Source: Cyanobacteria bacterium P01_A01_bin.123 (GTDB lineage: Bacteria; Cyanobacteriota; Cyanobacteriia; Phormidesmidales; Phormidesmidaceae). Taken from it: DNA of 62,057 nt. Below, in pieces: positions 59,793 to 62,057 of the stretch. The notes beneath the pieces were generated by a model. It saw only the letters and a list, made by a program, of their open reading frames with translations, did no database searches and was not told the origin of the DNA. The translations under genes were made by a program, and so were the position numbers. The stretch spans positions 1 through 62,057 of the forward strand of contig JBCBZT010000046.1 of assembly GCA_039815185.1 (NCBI GenBank). The letters run 5' to 3'. Each line of letters begins with the position of its first letter. The first letter of the stretch is position 1.

Positions 59793-59896
59793 CGCGATCG
59801 CTTTTTTACCAGTAGATCGTGTTTAAATCTTGATCACCCTCGCCAACCCAGCCATGCCTATGCCATAACGGGACAGAACCCCACCATTCACTTCCC

Positions 59897-60340
59897 ATGG
59901 CAGATCCGGTTACCCTCACCGTCAGCACCATTGCCACCCTCGCCTTTACTAAGTTCCTTGAAACCAGCGCGGGTGAACTTGCTAAGAAATTTACCCAGAG
60001 CGCGATCGAACAGATGGACACCCTACGCCAGAAAATCTGGGCCAAGCTGAGGGGTAACTCCAGAGCAGAAGCTGCCCTCACAGCGGCTGAGGATGGCTCT
60101 AAAACAGATATTGAGAAGGTGGCAGACTACCTCAAAGTTGAGATGAATGAGGATGACACCTTTGCGACTGAACTCCAAGCCTTAGCCCAACAGATTCAGG
60201 CTGGGAAGATTCAAGACAAGAGCACCATGCACATGGAAGTGACGGGCAACGATAACACCAACATCCAGGCTAAAGCCGAGCAGGGTGGGATTCAGTACAA
60301 CGCCAAAGAAATCACCATTAACCAAAACCAACAGCCTTAG
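59897..60340 (+). CDS. Bell-like helical effector domain with a C-terminal N/Q/G-rich putative amyloid signalling motif
   Basis: MADPVTLTVSTIATLAF..LRQKIWAKLRG..AEAAL..DDTFATELQALAQ helical bundle, then STMHMEVTGNDNTNIQAKAEQGGIQYNAKEITINQNQQP. Confidence 0.75.
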   Translation: MADPVTLTVSTIATLAFTKFLETSAGELAKKFTQSAIEQMDTLRQKIWAKLRGNSRAEAALTAAEDGSKTDIEKVADYLKVEMNEDDTFATELQALAQQIQAGKIQDKSTMHMEVTGNDNTNIQAKAEQGGIQYNAKEITINQNQQP

Positions 60341-62057
60341 CTCCAGTCGTCTGAATCGGCCCGGACAAAGTTAACGCCGCCCAACAACATCCCTCGAAAA
60401 GGTTCTCGCCACTTCGTTGGTCGTGGTGAGGATTTACAGAGCTTGCATGAGCAGTTGCAGCAGTCTCAGCAGGTGGCAATCACAGCGATCGCAGGCATGG
60501 GTGGCATTGGTAAGACCGAGCTGGCGCTGCAATATGCTCGTAGATACGCTCAACAGGCTTACCCCGGTGGCGTGTGTTGGCTAGAAGCCCGCGATCAGGA
60601 TATTGCAACTCAGATTCTGGGCTTTGCTCAGGCAAAGCTAGAGCTAACCCCACCTGATGAGCTACCTGCTAAGGAACGGATCGCCCACTGCTGGGACAAC
60701 TGGCCTAACTTTGGCGATTCTCCCGCAGCAGCCTTGGTGGTCATCGATGATGTGAGCGACTACAGCGCCATTGAAGACTATCTGCCCACCCATGAACGCT
60801 TCACTCTGCTGTTGACCACTCGGCAACAACGGCTGGCTACCATCGTCAAGCCCTTCTCCATTGAGGTGTTGAGTGAAGAAGCGGCACTGGAGCTGTTGAG
60901 GCAGCTTGCAGAAGACGCTGAGCGCATCGATGCAGAGTTAGAGCAGGCCAAGACGCTTTGTAAATGGTTGGGGTATTTACCCTTGGGGTTGGAATTGGTG
61001 GGGCGCTACCTAGCGATCGATTTGGACTTGTCACTGGCCCAATTGCAAGAGCAGCTCGATGCTCAATCCCTTGAGGCCGAAGCGCTCACTGACATGGAAG
61101 TGGGGATGACGGCCAGCCTCAACTTGACCAAAGCAATTGAGTTGAGCTGGCAGCGACTCTCCTCAGGAGCCCAAGACCTGGCTGGCTTGTTAGGGGTGTT
61201 TGCCCCAGCCCCGATTCCTTGGCCACGGGTAGAAGCGTGCTACCCAGATGTTGAGCCTGCCACCCTGAAGCGGCTGCGTAACCTGGAGCTGCTGCGATTC
61301 AATCTGCTTCAGCGAATAGAGCAGGAGCGCTATCAACTGCATCCAGTGATTCACCGCTTCATCCGCACCAAGCTGGCTGACGATTCACCGCTGATTGCAG
61401 CTTACTGTGAGGTGATGGTTGAAGCTGCCCAAGAATTAGAGCAAACCCCGACCCTAGCTCAGATTGGGGTATGGCGTGAGATGGTGCCTCATGTCGCAGA
61501 GGCAGCAACCCAATGGGTATTGAGGGTTAAGGATGAGGCGCTGGCATGGCCCTTTATCGGGTTGGGACGGTTCTACCAGGGTCAAGGGTTCTATGCCGAT
61601 GCCGAAGTCTGGCGTGAGCGCTGTGTCACGCTCACACAAGCGCGTCTCGGGACTGAGCATCCCGATGTGGCCATGAGTCTGAACAATTTGGCCAATTTAT
61701 ACTCGGATCAAGGACGCTATGGGGAGGCCGAACCCCTGTTCTTGCAAGCCATCGACCTCGGTAAAGCCAGCCTGGGTGAGGCCCATCCCGATGTGGCCAC
61801 GAGGCTGAACAATTTGGCCCTTTTATACTCGGCACAAGGACGCTATGAGGAGGCCGAACCCCTGTACTTGCAAGCCTTAGAGATGACTAAAGCCAGCCTG
61901 GGTGAGGCCCATCCCGCTGTGGCCACGAGTCTGAACAATTTGGCCAATTTATACCAGGTACAAGGACGCTATGGGGAGGCCGAACCCCTGTTCTTGCAAG
62001 CCATCGACCTCGGTAAAGCCAGCCTGGGTGAGGCCCATCCCGCTGTGGCCAAGAGGC
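60341..62057 (+). CDS. NB-ARC + TPR NLR-like protein, in frame with 59897..60340 across a TAG; runs off window
   Basis: Manual translation is open to the window end: PNNIP..FVGR, GMGGIGKT, LVVIDDV, LTTR, GYLPLGL, YQLHP, then 42-aa TPRs. Confidence 0.9.
61658..62057 (+). repeat. 126-bp near-identical TPR-coding tandem repeats
   Basis: CATCCC at 61658, 61784, 61910 and 62036. Confidence 0.9.

Larger units (their letters stand above)
53245..59800. mobile_element. Prophage remnant (head morphogenesis module) integrated at tRNA-Val; right boundary not determined
   Basis: att fragment at the left end; protease/scaffold, decoration, capsid and connector genes in canonical order. Confidence 0.8.

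Noticed and set aside
61658..62057. Diversity-generating retroelement acting on the TPR repeats
   Set aside because: No reverse transcriptase in the window, and the differences are not confined to adenines.

Overview
Cyanobacterial DNA, as shown by abundant HIP1 GCGATCGC, AMIN-domain TonB receptors and Uma2 genes; a Leptolyngbya/Nodosilinea-type host is an inference. Positions 1-52 kb are a large iron/siderophore-uptake island made of seven AraC regulator -> TonB-dependent receptor modules. These are followed by periplasmic binding proteins, MFS carriers, FetB, ABC transporters (one a STAS/SEC14-like + YbtP/YbtQ-type full fusion) and two O-methyltransferases. The promoters share a clear design: 21-bp tandem activator repeats, a -10 element, then a Fur box. 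The island is littered with deletion relics, some joined at HIP1 sites, and carries three copies of a ~104-bp two-hairpin element with compensatory changes. It ends at a broken tyrosine integrase and the 3' half of a tRNA-Val(CAC), a likely att site. Beyond that lies a HIP1-rich prophage head module (protease/scaffold, decoration protein, capsid, connector). The window ends with a Bell-like helical protein with an amyloid-like tail, separated only by an in-frame TAG from an NB-ARC/TPR NLR with mosaic 126-bp repeats. All counts and alignments were done by eye.
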